Shown here in pieces: positions 1 to 8,820 of a DNA stretch of 32,000 bases. Both the position numbers and the translations under genes were made by a program. The DNA comes from Erysipelotrichaceae bacterium MTC7. Its GTDB lineage: Bacteria > Bacillota_I > Bacilli_A > Erysipelotrichales > Erysipelotrichaceae. The stretch's first letter is position 1. Each line of letters starts with the position of its first letter. The stretch spans positions 1 to 32,000 of the forward strand of contig LVZN01000016.1 in assembly GCA_001695645.1 (NCBI GenBank), written 5' to 3'. The notes beneath the pieces are model-generated. The model did not search any database and was not told the DNA's origin. It saw nothing but the letters and a program-made list of their open reading frames with translations.

Positions 1-416
1 TTGTAAGCTAGCATTGGGCGGTTATGCACAAGAGTAAGCTCTTTACCTTCATCAGCCATTTGTTGGTAGATGTCAGTGAAAGAAAGTTGCACTGGCTCAA
101 TTTCTTTAGCCTTGATGATAGGTGGAAGTTCTTCCACCATGAAGTCGGCATAAGGAATCATGCGTTCTTGTTTTGACTTTTGCTTGCTCAATGTTTTCTT
201 TAGAGCAGGAAGTATTGGTTTTAGTAGTTCGTTCAATTCGTTTACACTAGACGATGCTTTCTCTAAAGATCTTTGAAAAGAATAAGAGGATAAGAAATCT
301 TTTAGTTCTTTTGGTTGTTCATTTAGTAGAGTAAAAGCATCTAAGTAACCGGATAAAATGAATAAAGTTGAATTTAGATTGTTTAAGTTTTCGACAGTAT
401 GTGTTATAGTTTGCAT
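1..416 (-). CDS. hypothetical protein, N-terminal part (gene runs off the left window edge)
   Basis: Absent from the ORF track because it is edge-truncated. Hand translation of the minus strand from ATG 416..414 gives MQTITHTVENLNNLNSTLFILSGYLDAFTLLNEQPKELKDF...QLSFTDIYQQMADEGKELTLVHNRPMLAY with no stop down to base 1. An AAGGA Shine-Dalgarno (431..427, minus strand) lies 10 nt upstream. No family recognised. Confidence 0.6.
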   Translation of the reverse strand, partial: MQTITHTVENLNNLNSTLFILSGYLDAFTLLNEQPKELKDFLSSYSFQRSLEKASSSVNELNELLKPILPALKKTLSKQKSKQERMIPYADFMVEELPPIIKAKEIEPVQLSFTDIYQQMADEGKELTLVHNRPMLAY

Positions 417-596
417 TGGTGGAATATCCTTTCGTTTGTCGCAAACTATACGATACAGGTATTTCACCTTTTTTGATACAAAAAAGTGTGGAAAGTGAAT
501 AAAATGTTACAGTCAAACAGGCTGAACAGATAAAAAGTGAAAGTAGTGCAAAAATGACCTATTTTTGACACTACCGGTTAAACTTATAGGGGAGAA

Positions 597-1250
597 ATGA
601 TGAAAAAACGAGATACATTAATAATTTTGATAACCGTAGGAATGTCCATTCTTTCATTTATTACATTTTTTATCAACGGATATATGATAAATATCGCGTT
701 AATATGGAATCTAATACTTGCTTCCATACCAGTGCTTATTTCTGGACATGTTAGGAAAACACATTCTAAAATTAACGTTATATTGATAATCATTTGGATT
801 GTTTTTATACCGAATACGTTTTATATGGTAACTGATTTCATTCACTTATCACCAAATGTGATAAGTCAGACTAGTTATATGCAAGTAAGTGATACAAACA
901 ATATTACATTCTGGTTAAACTTATTTAATATGTATGCGTGTGTACAACTTGGTGTTATCTATGGTTGCATAAGCCTCCTTGATTTTCGAAAGATTGTCGG
1001 TAAGAAAATATATCTCTATGCACTACCGGTTTTGTCTATAATTATTAGTTTTGGGATCTACATGGGTAGATTCTTGCGGCTCAACTCCTGGGAATTTTTA
1101 AATGTACCTAAAATATTTTCTTCTCTGGTGGATAGCTTTGATATGTTTTCATTGCAGTTTATCATATTATTTTCGATTTTCATGTTCATCGTGAATGGAG
1201 TAGCACTAATCATCTATCAGTACGTAGAAAGTTATAACAAACTAGCATAA
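597..1250 (+). CDS. polytopic membrane protein, possibly DUF1361 family
   Basis: 217-aa ORF with about 6 hydrophobic helices. GGGGAG SD lies just upstream; the second ATG at 600 has better SD spacing. The PNTFYMVTDFIHL motif resembles my recollection of DUF1361, so the family call is tentative. Confidence 0.75.
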   Translation: MMKKRDTLIILITVGMSILSFITFFINGYMINIALIWNLILASIPVLISGHVRKTHSKINVILIIIWIVFIPNTFYMVTDFIHLSPNVISQTSYMQVSDTNNITFWLNLFNMYACVQLGVIYGCISLLDFRKIVGKKIYLYALPVLSIIISFGIYMGRFLRLNSWEFLNVPKIFSSLVDSFDMFSLQFIILFSIFMFIVNGVALIIYQYVESYNKLA

Positions 1251-1351
1251 GAGATAAAATCGAAACAGTTGGGCAGCTGGTCCAGATAACTTTCACGGTA
1301 TAGAATGTACGGTATCAAAAATAGACTAGAAGCAACAAAATGGAAAAATTG

Positions 1352-1415
1352 AATCAGCAATTGTAAAAGAATATATAACGTTTTCTCGTTAATTTACAAT
1401 TGCTGATTTTTATAT
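1352..1415 (+). terminator. long-arm hairpin followed by a T-rich tract
   Basis: AATCAGCAATTGTAAA (1352..1367) is the perfect reverse complement of TTTACAATTGCTGATT (1393..1408). The loop is 25 nt, followed by TTTTATATTTT. Confidence 0.65.
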
Positions 1416-1431
1416 TTTGTAAAGGGTTACA

Positions 1432-1460
1432 TTGCATTACTAGTTTCCAGAAAGTATAAT
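1432..1460 (+). promoter_or_regulatory. sigma-A type promoter for the sensor operon
   Basis: TTGCAT (1432..1437), 17-nt spacer, TATAAT (1455..1460), about 28 nt upstream of the response-regulator ATG. Confidence 0.55.
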
Positions 1461-1487
1461 GGCAATATAGAAGTTGGGGGTATTGAT

Positions 1488-3104
1488 ATGTACACTGTTG
1501 TCATTGCGGATGATGAATACGAATTACGAAAAGCCTTAATTCATACCATCGATTGGAATGGTTTGGGGTTTGAAGTTGTAGGGGAAGCGGAGAATGGTGC
1601 AGTTGCACTTGAACTTGTTGAATTGTTGCAACCAGACTTATTAATTACAGATATTCAAATGCCTTTTATTTCGGGGATTGAGCTAGCTCGACAAGCAAGA
1701 AACATTCGACCGTACATGAACATCGTGTTTATTAGTGGATACGATGATTTTTCATATGCACAACAAGCGATTCAATACAACATTATCAGTTATCTATTAA
1801 AGCCACTTTCATCAAGTGAACTGGAAGCAGAATTGGTAAATATACGACATAAAATAGATGATCGATTTGCGCAACTAAGTGGATCTTTACAAGAAGATCA
1901 AAATGAGAAAATTCAAAGTTTAAAAGTTAATGAGTTTTTAATGTCACAATTGCTTGATCAGAATGTTGCATTTGAAAAACGTGATGATGAAGAAGCGATA
2001 AAAAAAGATGCGTTGGCCTTGAATATCATCGATACAATGAGTGTCGATAATTATTATCAAACGTTGGTGTTAACGTTTATGGATGATGCAGGACATAATC
2101 AAACAGAAGAAAAACATGTAAAGTTCGCCAATACCATTGTAAAAAAATACTTGTTGCATGGTGCCTTTTACTCGCGTAAGAAAATCATTGTGGTTGTTAG
2201 TGGAACAAAAAAAGAATTGGAACGATGCTTACCAATAATTGCCACAGAATGTGTGCAAAGCGCCAAGCGTATTTTAAAGTACGATTGTATGATGGGTGTG
2301 AGCCACACCTATAACAATTGGTTGCAACTACCTGTATCTTATGATGAAGCCCTTGCCGCAATTCGTTTTACAAAACTGGATGAGCCGGTGCAATATGCAT
2401 CAGATATCTCAAAAAGTACAAAACATGACTTTGATGTGATTGGTCAGTTTGTTGATCAACTTGAACATTTAATCAAAACGGAAACACATGAAAAAATCGA
2501 TGCGTTTTTGAACGAAGTATTTAAACAACCGGAGTTTCAATATAGCAACACGTTGGATATGTTTATGATTCATGTATTTGCCAATGTCAGTGAAGCGGTA
2601 ACTGCGATTGCTTCAAAAGAGGAAATAACGAAGTTTTTAAACCATGTATATGGGTGGAATATCGAAAGTGCGAGTGGGCATTTGGAGACCACAAAAGAGA
2701 AGATTAGAAAAATTGCACATGAAGCATTGGATATCATTGCCGGCCAAAGAAAAGAAACAAGTGAACTGTTGTGTCAAAACGCACTGGATTTAATTCGTAA
2801 TCAATATGCAGATGAAGATATGTCCATTGCTAAAGCAAGTCAATTGTTGCACGTGAGTTCGAGCTATCTAAGTGCCATTATTAAAAAGAATACCAACAGT
2901 ACCTTTGGTACGTTATTAACAGAAAAACGAATGGAAAGTGCAAAAGAACTGTTGCTTTCTACCTCAGCTAAAATCATGGAAATTGCCAACAAGTGTGGAT
3001 ACAGTGATACACATTACTTTAGTTATTGTGTGAAACGTTATTTTGGTGACTCACCAAATAAAATTCGTGAAAAACAAAGGGAAGAACAACATGAAAAGGC
3101 TTAG
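1488..3104 (+). CDS. two-component response regulator, REC domain + AraC-type HTH (YesN-like)
   Basis: N-terminal receiver (VVIADDE...LLITDIQMPFISGIEL...ISYLLKP) and C-terminal AraC HTH (SIAKASQLLHVSSSYLSAIIKK...IANKCGYSDTHYFSYCVKRYFGDSP). GGGGG SD upstream. Confidence 0.9.
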   Translation: MYTVVIADDEYELRKALIHTIDWNGLGFEVVGEAENGAVALELVELLQPDLLITDIQMPFISGIELARQARNIRPYMNIVFISGYDDFSYAQQAIQYNIISYLLKPLSSSELEAELVNIRHKIDDRFAQLSGSLQEDQNEKIQSLKVNEFLMSQLLDQNVAFEKRDDEEAIKKDALALNIIDTMSVDNYYQTLVLTFMDDAGHNQTEEKHVKFANTIVKKYLLHGAFYSRKKIIVVVSGTKKELERCLPIIATECVQSAKRILKYDCMMGVSHTYNNWLQLPVSYDEALAAIRFTKLDEPVQYASDISKSTKHDFDVIGQFVDQLEHLIKTETHEKIDAFLNEVFKQPEFQYSNTLDMFMIHVFANVSEAVTAIASKEEITKFLNHVYGWNIESASGHLETTKEKIRKIAHEALDIIAGQRKETSELLCQNALDLIRNQYADEDMSIAKASQLLHVSSSYLSAIIKKNTNSTFGTLLTEKRMESAKELLLSTSAKIMEIANKCGYSDTHYFSYCVKRYFGDSPNKIREKQREEQHEKA

Positions 3105-4833
3105 GTTTAAATGGTCGGGCATTAGTTTGCAAATGGTTATCACTGCTGTGATGATTGGACTTTCTTTTGCGATTATTGTGTCTTTATCAACGTTCTTTAT
3201 AAACGCACACATTGAGAATATTGAAGAGGGTGCTTTACGTAACTCGCAGCAAGTTGTGATGCAAACAGCAACCTCCATTGATCAAATCAAAGCGCAAATG
3301 GAATCACGTGTAAAAAAGGTGCGCAGTGAAATTGAACATATGCAAAACCAAGAGGAGATTCAGCACTATCTCAATATCTTCAATGATTTGGAAGATGATG
3401 TTGAAGGTGTCTTCATTTATGATGATAGTGGTGATGTTTTGCTGCATGGCGACAATGGGAAAAACTTGAAGACAAATATGGTTGAAAATCTGTCCTTTGA
3501 TGATGTTCTATTCGTGAATAGTCAAAACGGAATTGCCATCATGCGGCCCCATGTAGAAAGTATCTTTGAAAACTATTATCCATGGGTGGTAACCCTAGGT
3601 ATTCGTTTGGATAGTGATGCTATAGCAAATTCACGGTATTTGGTGATTGACTATAAGTTCTCAGGGATTTCTAGTTATGTTGATAATATCGGGGTTGGAC
3701 AACGCGGTTATTGTTTTGTCGTTGATGATAATAATAATATAGTATATCACCCGAAACAGAGAATGATTAACAGTGGTGTAGTAAAAGAAAATACGTCAAC
3801 AATTAGTAAGCTTGAAGGAAATGAAGGTATTGTGGATGGTACGATTTATGTAAAAGAAGCTGTTGATAATGGACAGTGGAATATTGTTGGTGTAAGTTAT
3901 GTAAATGAACTAATTGCAGAGCAAGTAAAAGATTTTCAACTTTATGTATCGATTGTTGCCTTTGTTTCAATTTTAATTTCCATCATCTTAAGTATGATTG
4001 TTGCAACTAAGGTTTCTGGTCCAATCAAACGTTTGGTTCACGCGATGAAAGACTTTGAAAGCAACGTCGATTCATATAGTTATGAACCACAAGGTGGAGT
4101 TGTGGAAATTAAAAGTTTATCAACATCATTCTCTAAAATGGTAATTATCATTCGAAACTTAATCAAGCAAGCAAAAGAAGAAGAAGTAACTTTAAGAAAA
4201 ACGGAAATGAAGGCATTGGAGTCACAAATCAATCCACACTTTTTATACAACACCTTGGATTCCATTCAATGGATGTGTGAACAAGGGAAAATGGATGAGG
4301 CTGTGGATATGGTTGGTGCTTTAGCTAAACTCTTTAGAATTAGTATCAATAAAGGAAAACAACTGATTCCCATTCGTGAAGAAATTGATCATGCCATGCA
4401 TTATTTGATAATTCAAAAATATCGATATCGTGATCAGTTTACGTATGATTTTGATATTGATGAGCAAGCACTTGATTACTACACAAACAAAATTACGATT
4501 CAACCGATTTTAGAAAATGCAATTTATCACGGGATTGATCGCATGATTGATGAAGGGCATATACAAGTAAACGTACGTTTGGAAGAGGAAACGATTGTCA
4601 TCGAAGTGATTGATAATGGACTGGGGATGAGTCAGGAACAAATTGTTTCGATTCTTAGTAAAGATCAACATGGAAAAAATGGAATCGGTTTAAAAAATGT
4701 AAACGATCGAATTAAAATCTATTTTGGTGATTCGTATGGTGTATATGTAGAAAGTGAATTGGATGAAGGAACGAAGGTAACCATTCGTTTCCCTGCCTTT
4801 AAAGGAGAGGAGGATGACTTGTTTGAAAAGTAA
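3091..4833 (+). CDS. sensor histidine kinase, YesM-like (two TM helices flanking a ~250-aa extracytoplasmic domain, HAMP, His_kinase, HATPase_c)
   Basis: ESQINPHFLYNTLDSI H-box region, and ENAIYHGI...DNGLGM...NGIGLKNV ATPase motifs. I prefer ATG 3091 (MKRLRFKW, GGGAAG SD) over the track start at 3043. It overlaps the regulator stop by 14 nt. Confidence 0.88.
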   Translation: MKRLRFKWSGISLQMVITAVMIGLSFAIIVSLSTFFINAHIENIEEGALRNSQQVVMQTATSIDQIKAQMESRVKKVRSEIEHMQNQEEIQHYLNIFNDLEDDVEGVFIYDDSGDVLLHGDNGKNLKTNMVENLSFDDVLFVNSQNGIAIMRPHVESIFENYYPWVVTLGIRLDSDAIANSRYLVIDYKFSGISSYVDNIGVGQRGYCFVVDDNNNIVYHPKQRMINSGVVKENTSTISKLEGNEGIVDGTIYVKEAVDNGQWNIVGVSYVNELIAEQVKDFQLYVSIVAFVSILISIILSMIVATKVSGPIKRLVHAMKDFESNVDSYSYEPQGGVVEIKSLSTSFSKMVIIIRNLIKQAKEEEVTLRKTEMKALESQINPHFLYNTLDSIQWMCEQGKMDEAVDMVGALAKLFRISINKGKQLIPIREEIDHAMHYLIIQKYRYRDQFTYDFDIDEQALDYYTNKITIQPILENAIYHGIDRMIDEGHIQVNVRLEEETIVIEVIDNGLGMSQEQIVSILSKDQHGKNGIGLKNVNDRIKIYFGDSYGVYVESELDEGTKVTIRFPAFKGEEDDLFEK

Positions 4834-5788
4834 GAAATTATGGCTTGTTATGGCTTGCTTTTCATTAGCGATAACATTGATGGCTTGTTCAGCTAGTGTC
4901 AGTCATGAACAGGTGTATATTGCAGTCATTCCCAAACAAGGGAAATCGAGTTTTTTCCGTGAAGTAGCCAGTGGTGTAAACACAGCAGCAACAGAATACG
5001 GTGTTCGTACGACGTTTGAAGGAGCACAAAATGAAGAAGATTATGAGACGCAAAATAGTCTAATTAAACGGGCGATTCATGCAAATGCGGATGCGATTGT
5101 GATTTCTGCTATCGATGAAAACAAATCCAACGAATTGTTGGAAGAAGCAGTGAGTAAAGGAATTGTTGTAATTACCATTGATAGTGGCGTTACTTATGAT
5201 GGAATCAGTCAACATATCGGGACAGATAACAAAGAAAGTGGTCGCATTGCAGCAAAAGAACTTTGTTCCATGGAACCTGGACAATTAAACATTGGTATCG
5301 TGAATTTTGAAAAGCATACAAAAAATGCAATTGAACGTGAAGCTGGTTTCATGGAGCAAATGGAAAAAGAATCATCGGTTCGTATTATGGATTCCGTAAG
5401 TACGGTATCCAATGCTTCAGAAGCAGCAGATGCAACCAAAGAACTGCTCGAACAAAATCCAACCATCAATGCGATTGTTGCTTTTAATGAGTACACATCA
5501 CTTGGTGTTGGTTACATGATTCGTGAAATGAATCGACAAGACGACATTCATGTTGTGGCTTTTGACAACAATGCAGAAAGCATCGGCATGATTGAAAACA
5601 ATGAAATTGATCGTTTGATTGTGCAAAACCCCTTTGCGATGGGATACCTAGCCATTGAATCTGCACTAAAAGAAATAGAAAAAAGAGATACGCTTACGCC
5701 AGAGCAGTTTACCGAAGTACTGGTTGTCAGTCGTAGCAATCTTTACGAATATGAAAATCAAAAGTTTGTTTTTCCTTTTGAAGACTAA
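4814..5788 (+). CDS. periplasmic-binding-protein-fold lipoprotein (RbsB/XylFII-like), probable ligand-sensing partner of the kinase
   Basis: Signal peptide with lipobox (LMAC, then SAS). Type-I sugar-binding fold motifs (IAVIPK...ADAIVISAID...VVITIDSG...VVAFDN). GGAGAGGAGG SD. Overlaps the kinase stop by 20 nt. Confidence 0.85.
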   Translation: MTCLKSKKLWLVMACFSLAITLMACSASVSHEQVYIAVIPKQGKSSFFREVASGVNTAATEYGVRTTFEGAQNEEDYETQNSLIKRAIHANADAIVISAIDENKSNELLEEAVSKGIVVITIDSGVTYDGISQHIGTDNKESGRIAAKELCSMEPGQLNIGIVNFEKHTKNAIEREAGFMEQMEKESSVRIMDSVSTVSNASEAADATKELLEQNPTINAIVAFNEYTSLGVGYMIREMNRQDDIHVVAFDNNAESIGMIENNEIDRLIVQNPFAMGYLAIESALKEIEKRDTLTPEQFTEVLVVSRSNLYEYENQKFVFPFED

Positions 5789-5814
5789 AACACATTGAGA
5801 GATGTGTTTTTTTC
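5787..5814 (+). terminator. rho-independent terminator after the sensor operon
   Basis: ACACAT (5790..5795), loop TGAGAG, ATGTGT (5802..5807), then T7 (5808..5814); flanking A-run. Confidence 0.8.
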
Positions 5815-5870
5815 TATGGCACAACATGCAATGAAAATAGAATTTTACACATCTAGAAGATAATTTTCTA

Positions 5871-5899
5871 TTTTATTGATATCTGATGTTACCTATAAT
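5871..5899 (+). promoter_or_regulatory. candidate activator-dependent promoter of the mgl-like operon
   Basis: Perfect TATAAT (5894..5899) with only a weak -35 (TTTTAT at 17-nt spacing). Inverted repeat AAAATAGAA (5834..5842) / TTCTATTTT (5866..5874) lies immediately upstream. Confidence 0.4.
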
Positions 5900-5910
5900 A
5901 GAGACAGTTA

Positions 5911-5926
5911 AAGCAAGCGCTTACAT
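5911..5926. promoter_or_regulatory. cre-like catabolite-responsive element (CcpA site)
   Basis: The minus strand of 5912..5926 reads ATGTAAGCGCTTGCT, matching every fixed position of the degenerate cre consensus WTGNAANCGNWNNCW. It sits just downstream of the -10. Confidence 0.55.
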
Positions 5927-6144
5927 AAAGTGCTAGCGTTAATGATAGCCTGTACGTCTACTTTCAAAGTAGGTTGCATGCTATCAAGCATTTGATAAGT
6001 GTAGTGTCTTATCAAATTTATCAAGATGACAGTTCACATTCTCTTGTTTTGCATCAACAAGCTAAAAGTTCATCGAGAACATGTTCATGTTGCAATGGTA
6101 AATTCACATAACACTACCAATTACACAGAGGAGGAAATAAGTGT

Positions 6145-7245
6145 ATGATTAAGAGATTAGCGAAAATGCTATTCGTCGCATTAATGGCAGTTAGTTTAGT
6201 TGCCTGTGGTGGCGGTGATAGCGGATCAGGTGGCGATGGAGAAGCTAGCGTTCACGTGTTCTATTATGATTATGGTGATACGTACATTTCAACAGTACGT
6301 ACTGCATTAGACAAAGAATTAGATGGAATGGATGTTAGTTACACTGACTACGATGCAGCTGGTAAACAACAAACACAAACGGAACAAGTCCAAACTGCAT
6401 TATCAAGTGGGGCAACGATGCTTGTTGTAAATATCGTTGAAACTGGTTCAGATGACGCAGCGATGACAATTATCAATGCCGCAAAAGAAAAAGATGTTCC
6501 AGTTGTATTCTTCAACCGTGAAGTATCTAACGAAGTAGTTAACTCATACGAGAAATGTTCATTTGTAGGTACTGATGCTAAAGAAGCAGGTATCATGCAA
6601 GGGGAAATGATTGGTGATGAATTGGTTGCAAACTTCGATACATATGACTTAAACAAAGATGGAAAAATTTCTTACGCAATGTTTAAAGGTCAAGAAGGAA
6701 ACAACGAAGCAATCTACCGTACACAATACGCTGTAGAAGATGCTGACAAAAAATTAGAAGCAGCTGGAAAAGCAAAATTAGAATACTACGATTCAGCAAA
6801 CTCTGACAAATACCAAGTTGACCAAGATGGAACATGGTCTGCAAAAGCAGCGCAAGACTACCTTGCAACTGCATTAGGTAAATACAACGACGGTAACAAC
6901 AACATGATTGAACTTGTTATCTGTAACAACGACGGTATGGCTGAAGGTGCAATTTCTGCATTACAAACAGCAGGTTACAACAAAAAAGGTGGAGACAAAA
7001 CAATTCCTGTATACGGAGTTGATGCTACTAAAGCAGCAGTTGATTTAATTGGACAAGGCGTAATGGCAGGAACAATTAAACAAGATGCTGAAGGTATGGC
7101 AAAAGTAATCGCATTAGCAGTTAAAAATGACGTAGCTGGTGATGACACATTCAAAGGAATCGATGATTCAGGTGTAGAAGGTGTTAAAGTTGACGACGGT
7201 GTTGCTAAAGCACGTATCCCTTACCAAATTTACACAGGTGAGTAA
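6145..7245 (+). CDS. mglB: galactose/glucose ABC transporter substrate-binding lipoprotein (MglB-like)
   Basis: Lipobox LVAC, then GGGDSGSGG linker. Collinear similarity to E. coli MglB as I recall it (VVFFNRE, GTDAKEAGIMQG, Ca-loop-like DLNKDGKIS, VICNNDGMA, IPVYGVDA). GAGGAGG SD. Confidence 0.9.
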   Translation: MIKRLAKMLFVALMAVSLVACGGGDSGSGGDGEASVHVFYYDYGDTYISTVRTALDKELDGMDVSYTDYDAAGKQQTQTEQVQTALSSGATMLVVNIVETGSDDAAMTIINAAKEKDVPVVFFNREVSNEVVNSYEKCSFVGTDAKEAGIMQGEMIGDELVANFDTYDLNKDGKISYAMFKGQEGNNEAIYRTQYAVEDADKKLEAAGKAKLEYYDSANSDKYQVDQDGTWSAKAAQDYLATALGKYNDGNNNMIELVICNNDGMAEGAISALQTAGYNKKGGDKTIPVYGVDATKAAVDLIGQGVMAGTIKQDAEGMAKVIALAVKNDVAGDDTFKGIDDSGVEGVKVDDGVAKARIPYQIYTGE

Positions 7246-7272
7246 GACGAAAGCAATTTAAACATACATTGT

Positions 7273-7293
7273 GAGGACGTCATTGACGTCCTC
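7273..7293 (+). promoter_or_regulatory. intercistronic GC-rich hairpin between mglB and mglA
   Basis: GAGGACGTCA / TGACGTCCTC perfect inverted repeat, with no following T-run. Confidence 0.55.
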
Positions 7294-7316
7294 AAATTGT
7301 AGATAGGAGAACTAAC

Positions 7317-8810
7317 ATGAATGATGTAATTTTAGAAATGAAAAATATCAATAAAGAGTTTCCTGGGGTGAAGGCTCTTGACAATGTCTCATTTTCAGTA
7401 AAAAAAGGAAGCGTTCATGCACTTATGGGGGAAAACGGAGCCGGAAAATCAACGTTAATGAAATGTTTGTTTGGGATTTATTCAAAAGATTCTGGAGAGA
7501 TTATTCTGGATGGACAAACCGTTGAATTTAAGGATTCAAAACACGCGCTTGAAGCGGGAGTTGCCATGGTGCACCAAGAACTAAACCAAGCGTTGAAGCA
7601 AAATGTTATGGATAATATTTGGCTTGGACGTTACCCAAAAATTGGTGGCATTTTCACATCAGAGAAAAAGATGTTGCATGATACCAAAGAGATTTTTGAA
7701 CAAATGGGTGTTGATGTTGATCCCAAGCGCATTATGAGTACGATGTCAGTATCACAACGACAAATGGTGGAAATTGCCAAGGCTGTTTCTTACAATTCGA
7801 AAATAATTGTGTTTGATGAACCTACATCTTCCTTAACTGATAAAGAAGTAGAACATTTATTCAAGATTATCAATATGTTACGAGACCAAGGGGTTGGAAT
7901 CGTGTACATTTCACACAAGATGGACGAAATTTTGAGAATCTCAGATGAAGTAACCATCATGCGTGATGGACAATACATTGCCACAAAGGATGCAAAGGAT
8001 TTAACCATGAACGAGATTATTCGTTTGATGGTTGGTCGTGAACTGACAAATTTATATCCTGAAAAGACAAATACACCTGGTGAGATGGTACTTGATGTAA
8101 AAAATCTAACGGGTATGTATTCACATATCGAAGATGTCTCATTCCAAGTGCACCGCGGTGAAATTCTTGGAATCGCTGGACTTGATGGTTCAGGAAGAAC
8201 GGAAGTGTTGGAAACTGTATTTGGGATAGCAACAAAAAAATCTGGGGAGATTATACTTGATGGAAAAGTAATCAAGAACAATAGTTCACTTGAATCCATT
8301 AAAAATGGATTTGCCCTTGCAACGGAAGAAAGAAGAGCAACGGGAATCTTTGGAATTCTTTCCGTATTGGAAAATACTGTTATTTCCAATCTAAAAAAAT
8401 ACAAGAAAATGGGTTTACTAAACGACCATGAAATGCGTAAAGATACCGAGTGGTCCATTGATTCCATGCGAATCAAAACACCAAGTGCGGACACGCAAAT
8501 TCGTTCACTTTCTGGAGGTAACCAACAAAAAGTAATTCTTGGACGTTGGTTATTGACCGATCCAGAAGTGCTCCTGTTGGATGAACCAACAAGGGGAATT
8601 GATGTTGGAGCCAAGTATGAAATTTATCAATTGATTATTGATTTAGCTGCAAAAGGTAAATCGGTAGTTATGGTAAGTTCAGAAATGCCGGAACTACTTG
8701 GTGTATGTGACCGGATTATGGTGATGTCAAATGGTCGTGTGGCTGGTTCTTTACCAGTCAAACAAGCTAGTCAAGAAAAAATCATGGAACTAGCTGCGAA
8801 GTATTTATAG
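7317..8810 (+). CDS. mglA: sugar ABC transporter ATP-binding protein with duplicated NBD (MglA-like)
   Basis: Walker [10 protein letters not shown], Walker B IIVFDEPT, a degenerate second P-loop GLDGSGRTE, and signature [24 protein letters not shown]. Confidence 0.93.
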   Translation: MNDVILEMKNINKEFPGVKALDNVSFSVKKGSVHALMGENGAGKSTLMKCLFGIYSKDSGEIILDGQTVEFKDSKHALEAGVAMVHQELNQALKQNVMDNIWLGRYPKIGGIFTSEKKMLHDTKEIFEQMGVDVDPKRIMSTMSVSQRQMVEIAKAVSYNSKIIVFDEPTSSLTDKEVEHLFKIINMLRDQGVGIVYISHKMDEILRISDEVTIMRDGQYIATKDAKDLTMNEIIRLMVGRELTNLYPEKTNTPGEMVLDVKNLTGMYSHIEDVSFQVHRGEILGIAGLDGSGRTEVLETVFGIATKKSGEIILDGKVIKNNSSLESIKNGFALATEERRATGIFGILSVLENTVISNLKKYKKMGLLNDHEMRKDTEWSIDSMRIKTPSADTQIRSLSGGNQQKVILGRWLLTDPEVLLLDEPTRGIDVGAKYEIYQLIIDLAAKGKSVVMVSSEMPELLGVCDRIMVMSNGRVAGSLPVKQASQEKIMELAAKYL

Positions 8811-8820
8811 GAGGAAGTAT

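Noticed and set aside
319-516. 65-aa minus-strand track ORF
   Set aside because: It overlaps, in another frame, the longer edge-truncated ORF (1..416), which has an SD and open-ended coding potential. The 65-aa product is Lys/Tyr/Cys-rich with no start signals.
3043-3090. N-terminal extensions in track ORFs (HK from 3043, ABC from 16199, recG from 20640, rnc from 22700, ftsL from 30797, marR from 15775)
   Set aside because: In each case an internal ATG with a properly spaced SD, or a leaderless promoter for recG, gives an N-terminus typical of the family. The extensions are artefacts of longest-ORF calling.
5900-6144. mglB leader considered as a known riboswitch or T-box
   Set aside because: I could recognise no conserved core of any riboswitch class, and there is no terminator/antiterminator pair with a U-tract. 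It is reported only as an unexplained structured leader.
7790-8614. 274-aa minus-strand ORF antisense to mglA
   Set aside because: It lies entirely inside a gene with unambiguous Walker and signature motifs on the + strand. Its product is Ser/Pro/Ile-rich with no motif, SD or promoter. It is a typical antisense shadow ORF.
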